DNA of 64,000 nt. Source: Mobula hypostoma. Lineage: Eukaryota. The stretch is from positions 76,448,001-76,512,000 of the forward strand of contig NC_086097.1 in NCBI RefSeq assembly GCF_963921235.1, written 5' to 3'. A model generated the notes under the pieces. The model saw only the letters and a list, made by a program, of their open reading frames with translations, was not told the DNA's origin and made no database searches. A program made the position numbers and the translations under genes. This document shows positions 63,400 through 64,000 of this stretch, in pieces (position 1 is the stretch's first letter; every line of letters starts with the position of its first letter).

Positions 63400-64000
63400 T
63401 CAACTAAAACTTGAAAACTTCTACAAATGTACCATGGAGAGCATTCTAACTGGCTGCATCACCCTCTGGTATGGGGTAGTGGTGGGGTGGAGGGGGGGAA
63501 GTGAAGCAAGTTGCAGAAACTTGTAAAATTATTCAGCTCCATCATGGGTATTAGCCTCCATAGTATCCAAGACATTTTCAAGGAGTGGTGCCTTAGGAAG
63601 GCAGAGTCCATCATTAAGAAACCCCACCCCTAGAACATGCCCTCTTCTCATTGTACCTCCATCCAGATGGTAACAAAGTGTGAAAGGCACACACTCAGTG
63701 ATTTAGGAACAGCTTCTTCCCCTCTGCCATCCGATTATAAATGGACATTGAACTTGTAAACACTACCTCACTACTTTTTTTTTGCACTATTTTAAATTAA
63801 CTATTTAATATACATATATATGTGTATGCTTACTGTAATATCAGAATCAGGTTTGTTATCACAGGCATGTGACGTGAAATTTGTTAACTTAACAGTAGCA
63901 GTTCAAGGCAATATACAATCTAGCAGAGAGAGAGAAAAAATAAAATGTAATAATAATTAAACAAGTAAATCAATTTATGTATATTGAATAATTATTTTTA
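63400..64000. mobile_element. Two Rex1/Babar-like 3' ends abutting tail to tail (+ 63400-63835, - 63838-64000)
   Basis: ESILTGCITLWYG..FRNSFFPSAIRL on the plus strand, then atcagaatcaggttt (an inverted tail). Confidence 0.7.

Noticed and set aside
1..64000. Prokaryotic-type systems (CRISPR arrays, operons, defence islands) and the many 60-120 aa ORFs
   Set aside because: The DNA is spliceosomal-intron vertebrate sequence with no regularly spaced repeat-spacer array. The short ORFs are transposon fragments, their antisense shadows, or random.

Overview
Eukaryotic, AT-rich, repeat-dense genomic DNA, most likely from a cartilaginous fish such as a ray or shark (inferred from the repeat families). 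The only host gene I can support is formin-1 (FMN1) on the minus strand. It has three coding exons joined in frame by GT-AG introns: a large isoform-IV-type N-terminal exon (58004-56643), a 115-nt exon (43674-43560) and a 62-nt exon (13781-13720). The ORF track missed the two small exons, and the FH1/FH2 exons lie beyond the left edge of the window. The rest is intron and upstream sequence filled with CR1 LINEs (two young near-identical copies in inverted orientation), Rex1/Babar-like LINE fragments, tRNA-derived SINEs, old RTE fragments, a nested hAT transposon and many Penelope-like (Neptune-type GIY-YIG) retroelements. The most notable signal is in the Penelope-like copies. Their termini carry a minimal type-I hammerhead ribozyme (consensus AGTC-CTGA[C/T]GA-A-GGGTCTCGGCCC-GAAAC-GTC^GACT). 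Many have inserted as TSD-flanked fold-back hairpins of about 120 bp to 2 kb, and in the shortest ones the inner breakpoints fall at the ribozyme. Family assignments come from recalled motifs, not database searches, and repeat boundaries are approximate.
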